64,000 nt of DNA from Acidobacteriota bacterium (GCA_965209055.1 OZ242374.1:2272001-2336000), one strand, 5' to 3'; shown: positions 38,232-48,534, counted from the stretch's first letter. Notes: a model not told the origin generated them from the letters alone. A program made the numbers and translations.

Positions 38232-39691
38232 CCGACGCTCGCCAGATCCTGCGGGTGGCTCCGGACCAATTCCAGCATGGAGTCCCGATCAGGCTCCCGG
38301 CCCGTCCAGGCCGAGAACTGGAGCGCCGCCTGCTCCACGAACATCTCCATTCCCGAAATGGTTCCGATGCCCTTTCGGGCCGCGAGCGCCAGGAGCTTCG
38401 TCTCCTCCGGCTGGTAGACCAGGTCATAGACCCACTCGAACCGCAGGTCCTGCTCGGTCAGCAGGGAGGCGTCCTCGTCCGGGGATTGGCCCACCGGGGT
38501 GGTGTTGACGCAGAGAAAAGCGGAAGCGGGGAGGTCCGGAAGGACGGTATGGGGACAGCCGTACGAGCGCGCAAACCGTCCGACCCGTTCCGGACTGCGT
38601 CCGGCCACCGTTACCCGCGCTCCCCGGGCGATCAAGGCCTCGGCCACCGTGTGGGCGACACCGCCGTTTCCCAGGATCAGCGTTTCTCTGCCGCGGATGG
38701 AGGCCCGGGAAAGAAGCGGCCGCAGGAACCCGCGATAGTCGGTGTTCAGGCCCTCCCACCGGCCGTCGTTGCGCACCAGCGTGTTGATTGCGGGCGCTGC
38801 GGCAGTGTCTCGGGATGCCAGGGCGGCGGCATCCTGCTTGAACGGCAACGTCACGCTGAACCCCTTGAAGGAGAGCCGGCTGCCCTCCAGGTAACGGAAC
38901 CACGGCTCCAGCTCGTCCAGCCGAATCGGAAGGTAGAGCTGGCGGTCCAGCCCATGCCGCTTGAAGAGCCGGTTGTGGATCCAGGGAGACCGGGAGTGGG
39001 CCACCGGATTCCCCAGAACGGCATACAGATCGGGAGGCTGATTCCAGGAGTCGAGCCGGTAGAGGTCCACGGCGGTTTCCAGGCTGAACTGGCCTGGAGC
39101 CGTTCCCTCTCCCTCTTCCTCCGCCACGAAGGTCCAGGCGTTCCCCAGGAAAGCACCCAGGGCCCGGGAGGGCTGGCCGAAGTCCCCCATGCCCAGGAGC
39201 ACGTAGGCTGCCCCCTGGGGGACCGATTCCATCCAGCTCAACAGGGTCACCAACTCCCGGGTGGAGGAGACCATCACGGCGATCTTGACCACGTCGCCTT
39301 CCAGGGCGTCGAGTCTGGAGTAGAGCCGGTTCAGATCTCCGGGAAAGGAGTCGAAGGAGTGGAAAGACCGGATCAGGCGTGTCGTGCCGGGAAACGGCGG
39401 GAGTTCCTGGACGTCATGTTCGACGTCGACCCAATGGAATCCGCTCCGTGCGGCCTCCAGGAGCAGGTTCAATCGATCGGCTTCCGGCCCCGTGTAGCCG
39501 CCCCCTTCGCGCGGGGGACGGCAAGTGGCGATGAACTCGGTCCCGGTGTCGGCCGGCAGAGGCGGAACCTGAGGTTGCGCGAGGCTGTCCAGGCGGCATT
39601 CGATGAGGGCCACCCGGCCCGCATATCGATGAACCTTGTCCAGCAGGCGTGCCGGTGATTCCTCGCCCAGGGCAAGACAGAGTTTGGGCAT
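38228..39691 (-). CDS. aroE: Bifunctional type I 3-dehydroquinate dehydratase / shikimate dehydrogenase (AroD-AroE fusion)
   Basis: IECRLD, IATCR, SFH, VVKIAV; then HSRSPWIHN, SVTLPFK, NTDY, DLVY, GMEMFVEQA. Confidence 0.9.
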   Translation of the reverse strand: MPKLCLALGEESPARLLDKVHRYAGRVALIECRLDSLAQPQVPPLPADTGTEFIATCRPPREGGGYTGPEADRLNLLLEAARSGFHWVDVEHDVQELPPFPGTTRLIRSFHSFDSFPGDLNRLYSRLDALEGDVVKIAVMVSSTRELVTLLSWMESVPQGAAYVLLGMGDFGQPSRALGAFLGNAWTFVAEEEGEGTAPGQFSLETAVDLYRLDSWNQPPDLYAVLGNPVAHSRSPWIHNRLFKRHGLDRQLYLPIRLDELEPWFRYLEGSRLSFKGFSVTLPFKQDAAALASRDTAAAPAINTLVRNDGRWEGLNTDYRGFLRPLLSRASIRGRETLILGNGGVAHTVAEALIARGARVTVAGRSPERVGRFARSYGCPHTVLPDLPASAFLCVNTTPVGQSPDEDASLLTEQDLRFEWVYDLVYQPEETKLLALAARKGIGTISGMEMFVEQAALQFSAWTGREPDRDSMLELVRSHPQDLASVG

Positions 39692-39702
39692 GGGGGTCCA
39701 AG

Positions 39703-40269
39703 TCACCCGTTCACGGCCGGACCGGAGTCGGCGCCGCCGTCGATTCGGCCCCAGAACCTGTGGAAGTACTCGACCATGGAAGCGCAGGCCAGAATCACCA
39801 CCACCCAGAGCAGGTATTGTCCGGCGCTGGCCAGCCAGGCGGAATCCCGCTGTCCCAGGATCAGGCAGCTCACGCACAGCACCTGGGTCCACATCTTGGC
39901 CTTTCCCAATGGGGAAGCGTCGATGGTGACGCCTTGAGCCGAGGCGATGCTTCTGAGTCCGGTTACGGCAAGCTCGCGGCCGATGACCAGGATCACCATC
40001 CAAGCGGAGGCCACTCCCCACTCCACCAGCGCGACCAGGGCCGCCGATATGAGCACTTTGTCCGCCACCGGATCCAGGAGCTTGCCCAGCGTGGTCACCT
40101 GCAGCCGTTTACGCGCCAGATAGCCGTCGAAATAGTCGGTCGCCGAGGCGGCGAGGAACACGATGAATCCCCACAATTCCCGGTCCTTGAACTTCCCCGT
40201 CAGCAGCACGACGAGAAGCAGGGGCACCAGAAAAATTCGCGTAACCGTAAGGCCGTTCGGCAGGTTCAT
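39703..40269 (-). CDS. pgsA: CDP-diacylglycerol--glycerol-3-phosphate 3-phosphatidyltransferase
   Basis: MNLPNGLT, TDYFDGYLAR, GKLLDPVADK. Confidence 0.95.
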   Translation of the reverse strand: MNLPNGLTVTRIFLVPLLLVVLLTGKFKDRELWGFIVFLAASATDYFDGYLARKRLQVTTLGKLLDPVADKVLISAALVALVEWGVASAWMVILVIGRELAVTGLRSIASAQGVTIDASPLGKAKMWTQVLCVSCLILGQRDSAWLASAGQYLLWVVVILACASMVEYFHRFWGRIDGGADSGPAVNG

Positions 40270-40461
40270 GGGTCGCTAAAGTAACACAATCTCCGAAAGA
40301 GTCACAAACGGTTCCGGAGGGCTCTGAAGCCGCTTGCCCGCTCTGTTCAACGATGCGCCCGCAATGCGCGCCCTGGCCGCCTGGCGGGGCCGGGTTGGCC
40401 AAACTTGCGGCGAAATTGAAACTATTTCGAGTATCCGCAATCTAAACTTCGCTTGAAGGGA

Positions 40462-40491
40462 TTGACAAGGAGCGCAGGAATTTCGTCAAAT
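40462..40491 (+). promoter_or_regulatory. Putative sigma70 promoter for the 3D-domain gene
   Basis: TTGACA at 40462, weak -10 TCAAAT at 18-bp spacing. Confidence 0.35.
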
Positions 40492-40523
40492 GGGCGGCCC
40501 GGTGTTCGGAGAGAGGTTCCGGA

Positions 40524-40994
40524 ATGAATCGAGTCGGGAAAATTGTCCTGATTTTGTCCGCCACACTGGTACTTGGCGCATCCGCCGGGATCGGTCTGCT
40601 GACGGATCCCGCGGCGGGAGGACTGCTGGGAAGTGACCGGCGGGACCCGGCTTTCCCGCAGCGGTTCGTGGGACCGCGTGATTCCGGATATCGCGTCTTT
40701 GTCGCCACCGCCTACTGCCTCAAGGGGGTGACCCGTTCCGGCGTCCGCGTCAGACGGGGCATCGTGGCCGCCGATCCGTCCAGAATTCCGCTGGGATCGG
40801 TCATCCAGGTGAGGGCCGGCAGCTACAGCGGGATCTACAGGGTTCTGGACACCGGTTCCGCAATCAAGGGCGAAATCATCGACATCTACGTTCCCGACGT
40901 CCATGAAGCCAGGCGTTTCGGCAGACAGCGGGTCCAGGTCCGTGTCCTGCGCCACGGCTGGGATCGGGATATTCCCACGAAAACGCTGGGCTAG
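40524..40994 (+). CDS. 3D domain-containing (MltA-like/Sps) cell-wall protein
   Basis: ATAYC, VAADPSRIPLGS, DTGSAIKG..IDIY; N-terminal anchor. Confidence 0.9.
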   Translation: MNRVGKIVLILSATLVLGASAGIGLLTDPAAGGLLGSDRRDPAFPQRFVGPRDSGYRVFVATAYCLKGVTRSGVRVRRGIVAADPSRIPLGSVIQVRAGSYSGIYRVLDTGSAIKGEIIDIYVPDVHEARRFGRQRVQVRVLRHGWDRDIPTKTLG

Positions 40995-41030
40995 CGGCCC
41001 TCCACGCGCCAGGTCCTCCCCCCCACCGGT

Positions 41031-41039
41031 TGCTATAAT
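41031..41039 (+). promoter_or_regulatory. Extended -10 box TGCTATAAT, 8 nt before the uvrC ATG (probable leaderless promoter)
   Basis: Seen directly; no SD between the box and the ATG. Confidence 0.7.
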
Positions 41040-41047
41040 TCCGCTTG

Positions 41048-42868
41048 ATGAACCAGGAGGTTCTGGAGGCCCGGCTCGGGCACCTTCCCGACAAGTGCGG
41101 CGTCTACCTGTTCCGGGATGCCGAGCAGCGCATCCTCTACATCGGCAAGGGCAAGAGCCTCAGGCACCGGGTGCGTTCCTACTTCCAATCCAGCCGCTCC
41201 TGGGACCAGAAGACGGAGGTCCTGAAGCGGCAGATCCGCGATCTCGAATTCATCGTCACCGACACCGAAGTGGAAGCTCTCATCCTGGAGAGCAACCTGG
41301 TCCGCAAACACAAGCCCAAGTTCAATGTGAACCTGAAGGACGACAAATCATTCCTGCTGGTGAAGCTGACGGTGAACGAAGACTTTCCCCGGGTCCTGCT
41401 CACGCGGCGGAAGCTGCGAGACGGAGCCCTCTACTTCGGGCCATTCCTGCCGGCCTCTCTTGCCCGCAACACAATCAAGATCATCAATCGCCACTTCCTG
41501 CTCCGAACCTGCGACATGGAGATCGACGGCCGGCTGGACCGGCCCTGTCTCGAGTACTACATCAAACGTTGCCTGGGTCCCTGCGTGGCGGGCCTCTGCT
41601 CCCAGTCCCGGTACACCGCGGCGGTCAGGGACGTGATCCTTCTGCTGGAGGGAAAGAACGAAGAGCTGCTTCGGAACCTGACTCGCCGGATGCTCGCCGC
41701 CTCCGAGAAACAGCAGTACGAGACGGCGGCCTTCTACCGAGATCGCATCCGCATGGTCCGGGAGCTCAACGAGAAGCAAAAGATGATTCTGAGCGGGCCG
41801 TCAGATGTGGACATCTTCGCCTACTACCGGGAGGGGCCCCGTTTGGCCCTCCAACTCTTCACCATGCGGAACGCCAGAATCGTCGGGAAACGGGAATTCT
41901 ATTGGGAGGACCTGGAGTATTTTCATCCCGCTCGTTTTCTCCGGGATGCTCTCCAGCAGTACTACCTGAACTCAGGCTTCGTTCCCGGGGAGATCTATCT
42001 TCCCGCCGAGGCGGAAGACCAGGAGCTGATCCGTAGCTGGCTCGACAAGAGGCGAGCCGAGGGACAACGGCGGCAGGTGCGCATCCTGGTGCCCCGGAGG
42101 GGGCACAAGCACGATCTCCTGCTGCTGGTCGAACGCAATGCCAAGGTGGCATTCGAGCGCCGTTTCAAAGTCTTGAGGACCGCCCGGTTGAAGGTCTTGG
42201 AGGAACTCCGGACTCTCCTGGACCTGGAGGAGACTCCCGCCCGCATCGAGGCCTTTGACGTCTCCAACATCCAGGGAGACGAGACGGTCGCTTCCATGGT
42301 GGTCTGCCTGGACGGGCGCATGGAGCGTGGAGAGTACCGGAAATACCGGATCAGGACCGTGTCCGGCCCCGACGACTATTCGGCCATGCAGGAAGCCGTC
42401 CGCCGGAGATACCGGCGTTTGCTGGACGAAAAACAGACCCTTCCCCAGTTGATCCTCATCGACGGCGGTAAGGGACAGCTGCACAGCGCATATCAGGCAC
42501 TGTCGGAGCTGGGGGTCGAAGACACCCCGCTGATCAGCTTGGCGAAGCGGGAGGAGCACGTTTTCGTCAAGGGTCGGGAGGAGGCCGTCATCCTGGACCG
42601 GGGCTCACCCCTGTTGCATCTGATTCAGGAGATCCGGGACGAAGCGCATCGTTTCGCGGTCAGCTACCATCGCAAGCGCCGCTCGATTCGGGATTTCGGT
42701 TCCGAGCTGGACCGGATCCGCGGTATCGGCGAGAAACGGAAGAAACGGCTGTTGCGCAATTTCGGCAGCGTCAACCGGATCCGGCGGGCGACCACCGAAG
42801 AACTGGTCCCCTTCCTGGGAGAAAAGCTGGCCGTCCGCGTCAAGGAGAGCCTGTCCGGATCACGCTGA
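41048..42868 (+). CDS. uvrC: Excinuclease ABC subunit C
   Basis: GIY-YIG (GVYLF...YIGKGKSL), DDKS, FDVSN, IDGGKGQL, RDEAHRFA, HhH. Confidence 0.97.
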   Translation: MNQEVLEARLGHLPDKCGVYLFRDAEQRILYIGKGKSLRHRVRSYFQSSRSWDQKTEVLKRQIRDLEFIVTDTEVEALILESNLVRKHKPKFNVNLKDDKSFLLVKLTVNEDFPRVLLTRRKLRDGALYFGPFLPASLARNTIKIINRHFLLRTCDMEIDGRLDRPCLEYYIKRCLGPCVAGLCSQSRYTAAVRDVILLLEGKNEELLRNLTRRMLAASEKQQYETAAFYRDRIRMVRELNEKQKMILSGPSDVDIFAYYREGPRLALQLFTMRNARIVGKREFYWEDLEYFHPARFLRDALQQYYLNSGFVPGEIYLPAEAEDQELIRSWLDKRRAEGQRRQVRILVPRRGHKHDLLLLVERNAKVAFERRFKVLRTARLKVLEELRTLLDLEETPARIEAFDVSNIQGDETVASMVVCLDGRMERGEYRKYRIRTVSGPDDYSAMQEAVRRRYRRLLDEKQTLPQLILIDGGKGQLHSAYQALSELGVEDTPLISLAKREEHVFVKGREEAVILDRGSPLLHLIQEIRDEAHRFAVSYHRKRRSIRDFGSELDRIRGIGEKRKKRLLRNFGSVNRIRRATTEELVPFLGEKLAVRVKESLSGSR

Positions 42869-42967
42869 GGGGAGCGGCGGCTTTCCTGCGGCCGAACGCC
42901 AGAGTAACGGTCAAGCGCTGAGGGAACGGGCGGAGAGGAGACCGCCGATAGAATGCGGAGAGAGATT

Positions 42968-42994
42968 GGGGGACAGGAATGTCCCCCCTCCTAC
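42968..42994 (-). repeat. GTAG-type REP-like palindrome, copy 2
   Basis: Minus strand GTAG-GAG-GGGGGAC-ATTCCT-GTCCCCC, overlapping the yjjX TAG, between convergent genes. Confidence 0.75.
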
Positions 42995-43566
42995 CCGTAC
43001 ACGTGGGCGTTGTAGAAGGGGGCGAACGCCGCGGTGAGAGCCAGGGCGTACGACTGGTCCCGGTTCAGGAGTTCCTGGCTCAGGAGCATCCAGCCTTCCT
43101 GTCCGGATTGCAGTTGCCGAGCCCGGCAAAACCGGTCGATGACGATCTCCAGCTCGATGCCTCGATCGATCACCGGATCGGCGATCTGAGGCGGAACCGA
43201 TATCCCGTTGCCGTGGCCGAAATAGCCGTTGAGACCGTCGGACACGTAGACCCAACTCTCCAGGACGACCTGCCGCCGTGCCCCCGAGGAAGCGATCACG
43301 TTAAATCCTTCCTCCAGCCCGACGTAGAAGTCGGCCTCGCTCCATTCCCGCTTCAACTGCATGATGAGATGATCCACGCGGCTCAGCGCGCTCCAGGAAA
43401 GGTCTGCCGAGGTCGTGGGGATCTTTGGGGCGTCGGTGGGGACGTCGTAGCAGAGAAAGTCGACGCCATCGTCGATCCCGCGAGACAATCTGTCCTCAAG
43501 CCGTTCCCAGATCTGTTTTACGACATTCACCTTGGCGGGCCGAGTGCTCCCGACGGCAACTCTCAT
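42991..43566 (-). CDS. yjjX: Inosine/xanthosine triphosphatase (DUF84/YjjX)
   Basis: VAVGSTRPAKV, VGLEEG, LTAAFAPFYN. Confidence 0.8.
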   Translation of the reverse strand: MRVAVGSTRPAKVNVVKQIWERLEDRLSRGIDDGVDFLCYDVPTDAPKIPTTSADLSWSALSRVDHLIMQLKREWSEADFYVGLEEGFNVIASSGARRQVVLESWVYVSDGLNGYFGHGNGISVPPQIADPVIDRGIELEIVIDRFCRARQLQSGQEGWMLLSQELLNRDQSYALALTAAFAPFYNAHVYG

Positions 43567-43574
43567 CTCAATTC

Positions 43575-43583
43575 AGTCTAGCA
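43575..43583 (-). promoter_or_regulatory. Extended -10 box TGCTAGACT, 8 nt before the yjjX ATG
   Basis: Seen directly; no SD. Confidence 0.65.
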
Positions 43584-43751
43584 GCCCATGGCGACTTTTT
43601 GCGAACCGGACGACCGGCCGGTGGCGACCCTATCCGGACCACGCGACCGCCGCGATTCCGCCTCGCAAAGAATGCTGGTCTCGAGTCGGATCAGGCCGCC
43701 GGCCGGGTCGCCTCGGCAACTCCCGGTCCACTCTTCACTCGTCCGGCCGAA

Positions 43752-44525
43752 TCATTCGGGCCGCAGCATTTCGACCAGATCCCGGTGGATCCGGCCATTG
43801 CTGGCCAGCACCGTTCTTTCCTCCAATTGGAACGGTGAACCGTTCAGATTGCTGACCGTTCCTCCGGCCTCCTCCACCACCAACCAGCCGGCCGCCATGT
43901 CCCAGGGGCTCAAGCTCAACTCCCAGTAGCCGTCGAAACGCCCACAGGCGACGTAGCAGAGGTCGAGCGCCGCCGATCCATCCCGGCGCACCGCCTGGAC
44001 CTTGCGGGACACTCGCGTGAACAGTTTCAGGTTCGTCTCCATCTCCCGGTAATCGTAGGAGAATCCGGTGGCGAGAAAGCCGTTTCGCAAATCGGCTTGT
44101 TCGGACACGCGGATAGACTTGCCGTTGAGTTGCGCACCGCCGCCCACCGTCGCCGAAAAGAGCTCTTCCGCCACCGGATCGTAGACAATTCCCGCCTGGA
44201 TCCGGCCCTCGACCCGATAGGCCACGGAAACGCTGAAGAAGGGGTAGCGGTGCGAAAAGTTGGTCGTGCCGTCCAACGGATCGACCACCCATTGCCGCTC
44301 GCCCGCTCCATGAACCCCTGATTCCTCCGCCAGAATGGAATCGTGGGGGAAGTGGCGCCGGATGATGTCGATGATGGCGGTCTCGGCGGCGAGATCGGCT
44401 TCCGTCACGAGGTTTCTGGGTCCCTTGGCGGATACCTCCACGCCGGAGTCCAGGTATTTCAGCAGGATCCGGCCACCCTCCAGTGCGGCTTCCCTGGCCA
44501 CCGACAGGATCGCACTCGTTCCCAT
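43752..44525 (-). CDS. suhB: Inositol monophosphatase family protein
   Basis: LVTEAD, LAEES, VDPLDGTTNF, GSAALDL, PWDMAAG. Confidence 0.93.
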   Translation of the reverse strand: MGTSAILSVAREAALEGGRILLKYLDSGVEVSAKGPRNLVTEADLAAETAIIDIIRRHFPHDSILAEESGVHGAGERQWVVDPLDGTTNFSHRYPFFSVSVAYRVEGRIQAGIVYDPVAEELFSATVGGGAQLNGKSIRVSEQADLRNGFLATGFSYDYREMETNLKLFTRVSRKVQAVRRDGSAALDLCYVACGRFDGYWELSLSPWDMAAGWLVVEEAGGTVSNLNGSPFQLEERTVLASNGRIHRDLVEMLRPE

Positions 44526-45022
44526 CACGCTTCCCGTTTGGATCGGACCAGCAGAACGACCGCCTGAACGGCAATTCCCTCGCCCCGGCCGATCGGACCG
44601 CAGCCCTCCATTGTGGTCGCCTTGAGACCGATCCGTCCCGTCTCCACCGAAAGCAGCCTCGCCAGATTGGCTTTCATGGCGTCCACGTGGGGCTGGATCC
44701 GGGGGGCTTCCGCCAGCACCGTGATGTCCAGGTTGACGACGGCGAATCCCTTGTCCCGGACTCGCCCATACGCCTTCTGCAAGAGCACCCGGCTGGAGCT
44801 GTCGCGGTATGCCGGATCGGTATCGGGGAACCAGGTCCCGATGTCCCTGAGCCCGGCAGCCCCCAGGAGGGCGTCGATCACGGCATGGAGCAGAGCGTCG
44901 GCGTCCGAGTGCCCGCGCAACCCCAGGGGGTGCGGGATCCGGACCCCACCCAGCAGGAGGCGCCGGTCCTGGCCGAAGGGGTGAAAATCGAATCCCAGGC
45001 CGACACGAAATCCATCCGTCAT
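44525..45022 (-). CDS. ispF: 2-C-methyl-D-erythritol 2,4-cyclodiphosphate synthase
   Basis: GLGFDFH, GHSDAD, DIGTWFPD, KATTME. Confidence 0.95.
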   Translation of the reverse strand: MTDGFRVGLGFDFHPFGQDRRLLLGGVRIPHPLGLRGHSDADALLHAVIDALLGAAGLRDIGTWFPDTDPAYRDSSSRVLLQKAYGRVRDKGFAVVNLDITVLAEAPRIQPHVDAMKANLARLLSVETGRIGLKATTMEGCGPIGRGEGIAVQAVVLLVRSKREA

Positions 45023-45086
45023 GCCTGCACTCCGTACCCTGGTTCCCCTGAATCCGTTCTCAAACCATCTGGAAACGGGCGGCCGC

Positions 45087-45731
45087 TCACAGATCCCCCT
45101 CGAATGTGACCTTGAGGTTCCTGGGATCTCCCTCCACCGCCTGAACCTCCGCTCCGATGCGCTCCACCAGGGAGGACTCGTCGGTCCCGTAGAAGTGGTC
45201 CCGTCCGGCTTGCCGGAGGGCCTCGTTGAGGATTTCGGCCGGAAATCCCTGCGGCGTCTGGGCGAGACCCAGGCGCTCACGCTCCAGGGTTCCCTCCACC
45301 CGCCCCGAAACCACCTCCTTCACCGTGTCCCGAATCTTCAGGACCGGAACCGCGGCCTTCCCCCGGCGCACCGTCCGGATCACCCGGGATATCAGCCGGG
45401 CATCGACGTAGGGCCGGGCCGCATCGTGGACCAGGACGATCTCCACGCCGGGAGAGAGCAGTTGGAGACCCCGGGACACGGTGTCCTGCCGGTGGCGGCC
45501 ACCCGCGGCCACGCGCCACTCCCGGCCTTTGACAGCGCCGGCCGACAACTCTCGCCGGACCCTCTCGATCCAGTCTTCCGGCACCAGTATCACCGCCTCG
45601 TCCAGGAAAGGCAGGAAGGGGTTCAAGGCCAGCCGGTACAGGCGCTCGCCCCCCATCCTCAAAAACTGCTTCGGGGTCGGGGAGCCGAATCGGGAGCCGC
45701 TGCCGGCAGCCGCCAGAATCAGTCCGGTCAA
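45087..45731 (-). CDS. ispD: 2-C-methyl-D-erythritol 4-phosphate cytidylyltransferase
   Basis: AAAGSGSRFG..PKQF, VHDAARP, AQTPQGF, NLKVT; TTG start overlapping the radA stop. Confidence 0.95.
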   Translation of the reverse strand: MTGLILAAAGSGSRFGSPTPKQFLRMGGERLYRLALNPFLPFLDEAVILVPEDWIERVRRELSAGAVKGREWRVAAGGRHRQDTVSRGLQLLSPGVEIVLVHDAARPYVDARLISRVIRTVRRGKAAVPVLKIRDTVKEVVSGRVEGTLERERLGLAQTPQGFPAEILNEALRQAGRDHFYGTDESSLVERIGAEVQAVEGDPRNLKVTFEGDL

Positions 45732-47095
45732 GGCCCGATTCCCGGGAGAGCGATCGCCTGGAGGCACTGGCCGACCGTGGCCACGCCCCGCAGGGAGACC
45801 CCGCGAACCGTCTCACTCAGGGGCAGGCTGTTGGCGGGCAGGATCAGGTTTCGAAAGCCCATCATCGACGCTTCCTTGACCCGATTCTGCGGGAAGCTGA
45901 CGGCCCGGATCTCGCCTGCGAGGCCGACTTCTCCGAAGACCACCGTCGATTCGGGAAGCGGGTGGTTTCCCAGGCTCGACACGATGGCCGCGACGATGGC
46001 CAGGTCCACTCCCGGCTCGGTCAGGGAGAATCCGCCGGCGACGTTGATGTAGACGTCGCTGCCCAGAAGATCCAGTCCCAGGCGCTTCTCCAGCATGGCC
46101 AGGAGCAATGCCACCCGATTGGCATCGATTCCGTCCGTCATCCTCCTGGCGGCGCTGAAGCCACTCTGGCTGACCAGCGCCTGGACTTCCACGAGAACCG
46201 GCCTCGAACCTTCCATCGTGCAGGTGACGGCGGATCCCGAAACCCGCTCGCTGCGCTGGGACAGGAACAGCCGGGAAGGATTCTCGACACAGCGAAGTCC
46301 CCGGCTGGACATTTCGAAGATTCCCAATTCGTTGGACGGACCGAATCGGTTCTTGACCGCCCGGACGATCTTTTCGTTCCGGTGGCGAGTCCCCTCGAAA
46401 TAGAGCACCACGTCCACGATGTGCTCCAGCGCCTTGGGTCCGGCCAGGGCCCCGTCTTTCGTGATATGCCCGATGAGAAGGACCGGAACGCCTTCCCTCT
46501 TGGCGAAGACCAGAAGCTCGGCGGCGCAGTCCCGTATCTGGCTGACGCTTCCCGGGATGGATTCGGTCGCCTCGCTGAACACGGTCTGGATCGAGTCCAC
46601 GATCACCACCGACGGCCGGAGGCTCTCGATCTGCTCCAGGATTCGCTCCAGGCAGGTCTCTCCCAGCAAGTAGAGGCGCGTTCCCTTGACCTGCAATCGG
46701 TCACCGCGCAGTCGAATCTGCTCGACAGACTCCTCTCCCGCCACATAGAGGACGGGACGGCCGCGGTTCGAGAGGCTCTCGGCCACTTGAAGCAGGAGGG
46801 TCGACTTGCCGATACCCGGCTCTCCTCCCAAAAGAATCAGGGAACCGGGCACGATCCCTCCACCCAGGGTCCGGTCGACCTCCGGGTTGCCCGTGTTCAT
46901 TCGTCGCAGCCCGCGGCCCTGAATCTCCGCATACGCATGCGCGGGCACGGCCGGCCTGGACTTGCCCGAAGTGGAGACGTTTTCCTCCACCAGGGCGTTC
47001 CAGTCACCGCAGGAGGGGCAACGGCCGAACCACTTGGGACTCTGGAATCCGCACTTGCTGCAGACGTGCAAGTGCTTGAGCGGGGCTGGGGCCAT
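45728..47095 (-). CDS. radA: DNA repair protein RadA/Sms
   Basis: Zn finger CSKC...CPSC, GGEPGIGKST, KNRFG, Lon-like C-terminus. Confidence 0.97.
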   Translation of the reverse strand: MAPAPLKHLHVCSKCGFQSPKWFGRCPSCGDWNALVEENVSTSGKSRPAVPAHAYAEIQGRGLRRMNTGNPEVDRTLGGGIVPGSLILLGGEPGIGKSTLLLQVAESLSNRGRPVLYVAGEESVEQIRLRGDRLQVKGTRLYLLGETCLERILEQIESLRPSVVIVDSIQTVFSEATESIPGSVSQIRDCAAELLVFAKREGVPVLLIGHITKDGALAGPKALEHIVDVVLYFEGTRHRNEKIVRAVKNRFGPSNELGIFEMSSRGLRCVENPSRLFLSQRSERVSGSAVTCTMEGSRPVLVEVQALVSQSGFSAARRMTDGIDANRVALLLAMLEKRLGLDLLGSDVYINVAGGFSLTEPGVDLAIVAAIVSSLGNHPLPESTVVFGEVGLAGEIRAVSFPQNRVKEASMMGFRNLILPANSLPLSETVRGVSLRGVATVGQCLQAIALPGIGP

Positions 47096-47102
47096 TGCGG
47101 AA

Positions 47103-47111
47103 ATTCTATCA
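47103..47111 (-). promoter_or_regulatory. Extended -10 box TGATAGAAT, 7 nt before the radA ATG
   Basis: Seen directly; no SD. Confidence 0.65.
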
Positions 47112-47122
47112 GCAACCCGTGG

Positions 47123-48520
47123 CTAAAACGGCGCCGCTTCCGATCCGGCAGGCTCGCTCCCGCTTAAAGCCCTCTCCGGAGTATAGAACCGCGTAAACTT
47201 TTCGAGGAACACCAGCTTCACGGTCCCGGTGGGCCCATTCCGCTGCTTGCCGACGATAATCTCCGTATAACGATCGTCCTCGTCCAAATCCTCGTCTTTC
47301 TTATAGTAGGACTCCCGGTAAATGAACATGACCACATCGGCGTCCTGTTCGATCGAACCGGACTCTCGCAGGTCCGAAAGTTGAGGACGGTGGTCCCCAC
47401 GTCTCTGCTCCGGGGCCCGGCTCAACTGGGAAATGGCGATCAGAGGCACGCTCAACTCCTTGGCAAGCGCCTTCAGCGAGCGGCTGATGGTTGAAATCTC
47501 CTGCTGCCGATTCTCGTGCCGGCGGCGCCCGGAGAGCTCTCCCGACATCAGTTGGAGATAATCCACGATGAGCAGATCCAGCCCCTGTTCCGACGCCAGC
47601 CGGCGGGCCTTGGAACGCATCTCCAACAGGGAAATGCCGGGAGTGTCGTCGATGAAGAGCCGGGCCTCGGAAAGGCGGCTCACCGCACCTGCCAGATCGG
47701 TCCATTCTTTCTTGGAAAGGAAGCCGGAGCGCATCTTGTGGCTGTCCACACGGGCTTCGGAGCAGAGAAGCCGCAAGGCCAATTGTTGAGAAGTCATCTC
47801 AAGACTGAACACTCCAGCGACCTTCTGCTTCTTGACCGCAACATACTGAGCGATGTTCAGAGCCAAACTGGTCTTTCCCAAACCGGGCCGCGCCGCGATG
47901 ATGATGAGATCGGAGTTCTGAAGGCCTGACAACATCCCGTCCAACTGGGTAAAACCGGTGGGGACTCCGGTGACCTCATCCTGTCGCGAATGTAGATTTT
48001 CCACATGCTTGTAGGCTGACGACAGGAGTTCCTGCAGAGGAGCGAAACCGGTGCGGGATCTCTCCTGGCCGATCTGGAAGATGGCTTTCTCCGCCTCCTC
48101 CAGGAGGAGGCCGGGATCCTCTTCGTCGGAGAAACTGCGATTCAGAATGTCGTTGGCGGAGTGGACCAGCTTTCGCAGGACGGCCTTCTCCTTGACGATG
48201 CGTGCGTAGTCCTCGATGTTGGCGACACGGGGGACGCCGTCCACCAGGGAGGCGATATAGGCAACGCCTCCCACCGCGTCCAGGTCGGTCCGCCGTGTCA
48301 ATTCCTCCCGCAGGGTCAGGATGTCGACGGCCTTGGAGGCTCCGGCCAGTGTGACGATGGTGTCGAAGATGCGGCGATGGCTTTCCAGGTAGAAGTCTTC
48401 GCTGACCAGCAACTCGGCGGCCTGGTCGAATATCCGGTTGTCCAGCAGCACCGCCCCCAGGACGGCCCGTTCCGCTTCGGCGCTGTGGGGGAGAGTCTTC
48501 TCCAGGGAGGAGGAATTCAT
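47123..48520 (-). CDS. dnaB: Replicative DNA helicase
   Basis: [42 protein letters not shown]; no intein. Confidence 0.98.
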   Translation of the reverse strand: MNSSSLEKTLPHSAEAERAVLGAVLLDNRIFDQAAELLVSEDFYLESHRRIFDTIVTLAGASKAVDILTLREELTRRTDLDAVGGVAYIASLVDGVPRVANIEDYARIVKEKAVLRKLVHSANDILNRSFSDEEDPGLLLEEAEKAIFQIGQERSRTGFAPLQELLSSAYKHVENLHSRQDEVTGVPTGFTQLDGMLSGLQNSDLIIIAARPGLGKTSLALNIAQYVAVKKQKVAGVFSLEMTSQQLALRLLCSEARVDSHKMRSGFLSKKEWTDLAGAVSRLSEARLFIDDTPGISLLEMRSKARRLASEQGLDLLIVDYLQLMSGELSGRRRHENRQQEISTISRSLKALAKELSVPLIAISQLSRAPEQRRGDHRPQLSDLRESGSIEQDADVVMFIYRESYYKKDEDLDEDDRYTEIIVGKQRNGPTGTVKLVFLEKFTRFYTPERALSGSEPAGSEAAPF

Positions 48521-48528
48521 GTGGCCCG

Positions 48529-48534
48529 ATTATA
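48529..48534 (-). promoter_or_regulatory. -10 box TATAAT, 8 nt before the dnaB ATG
   Basis: Seen directly; no SD. Confidence 0.65.

Noticed and set aside
38228-39691. AroD-AroE fusion as a novelty
   Set aside because: Fusion already known from plants and several bacterial phyla
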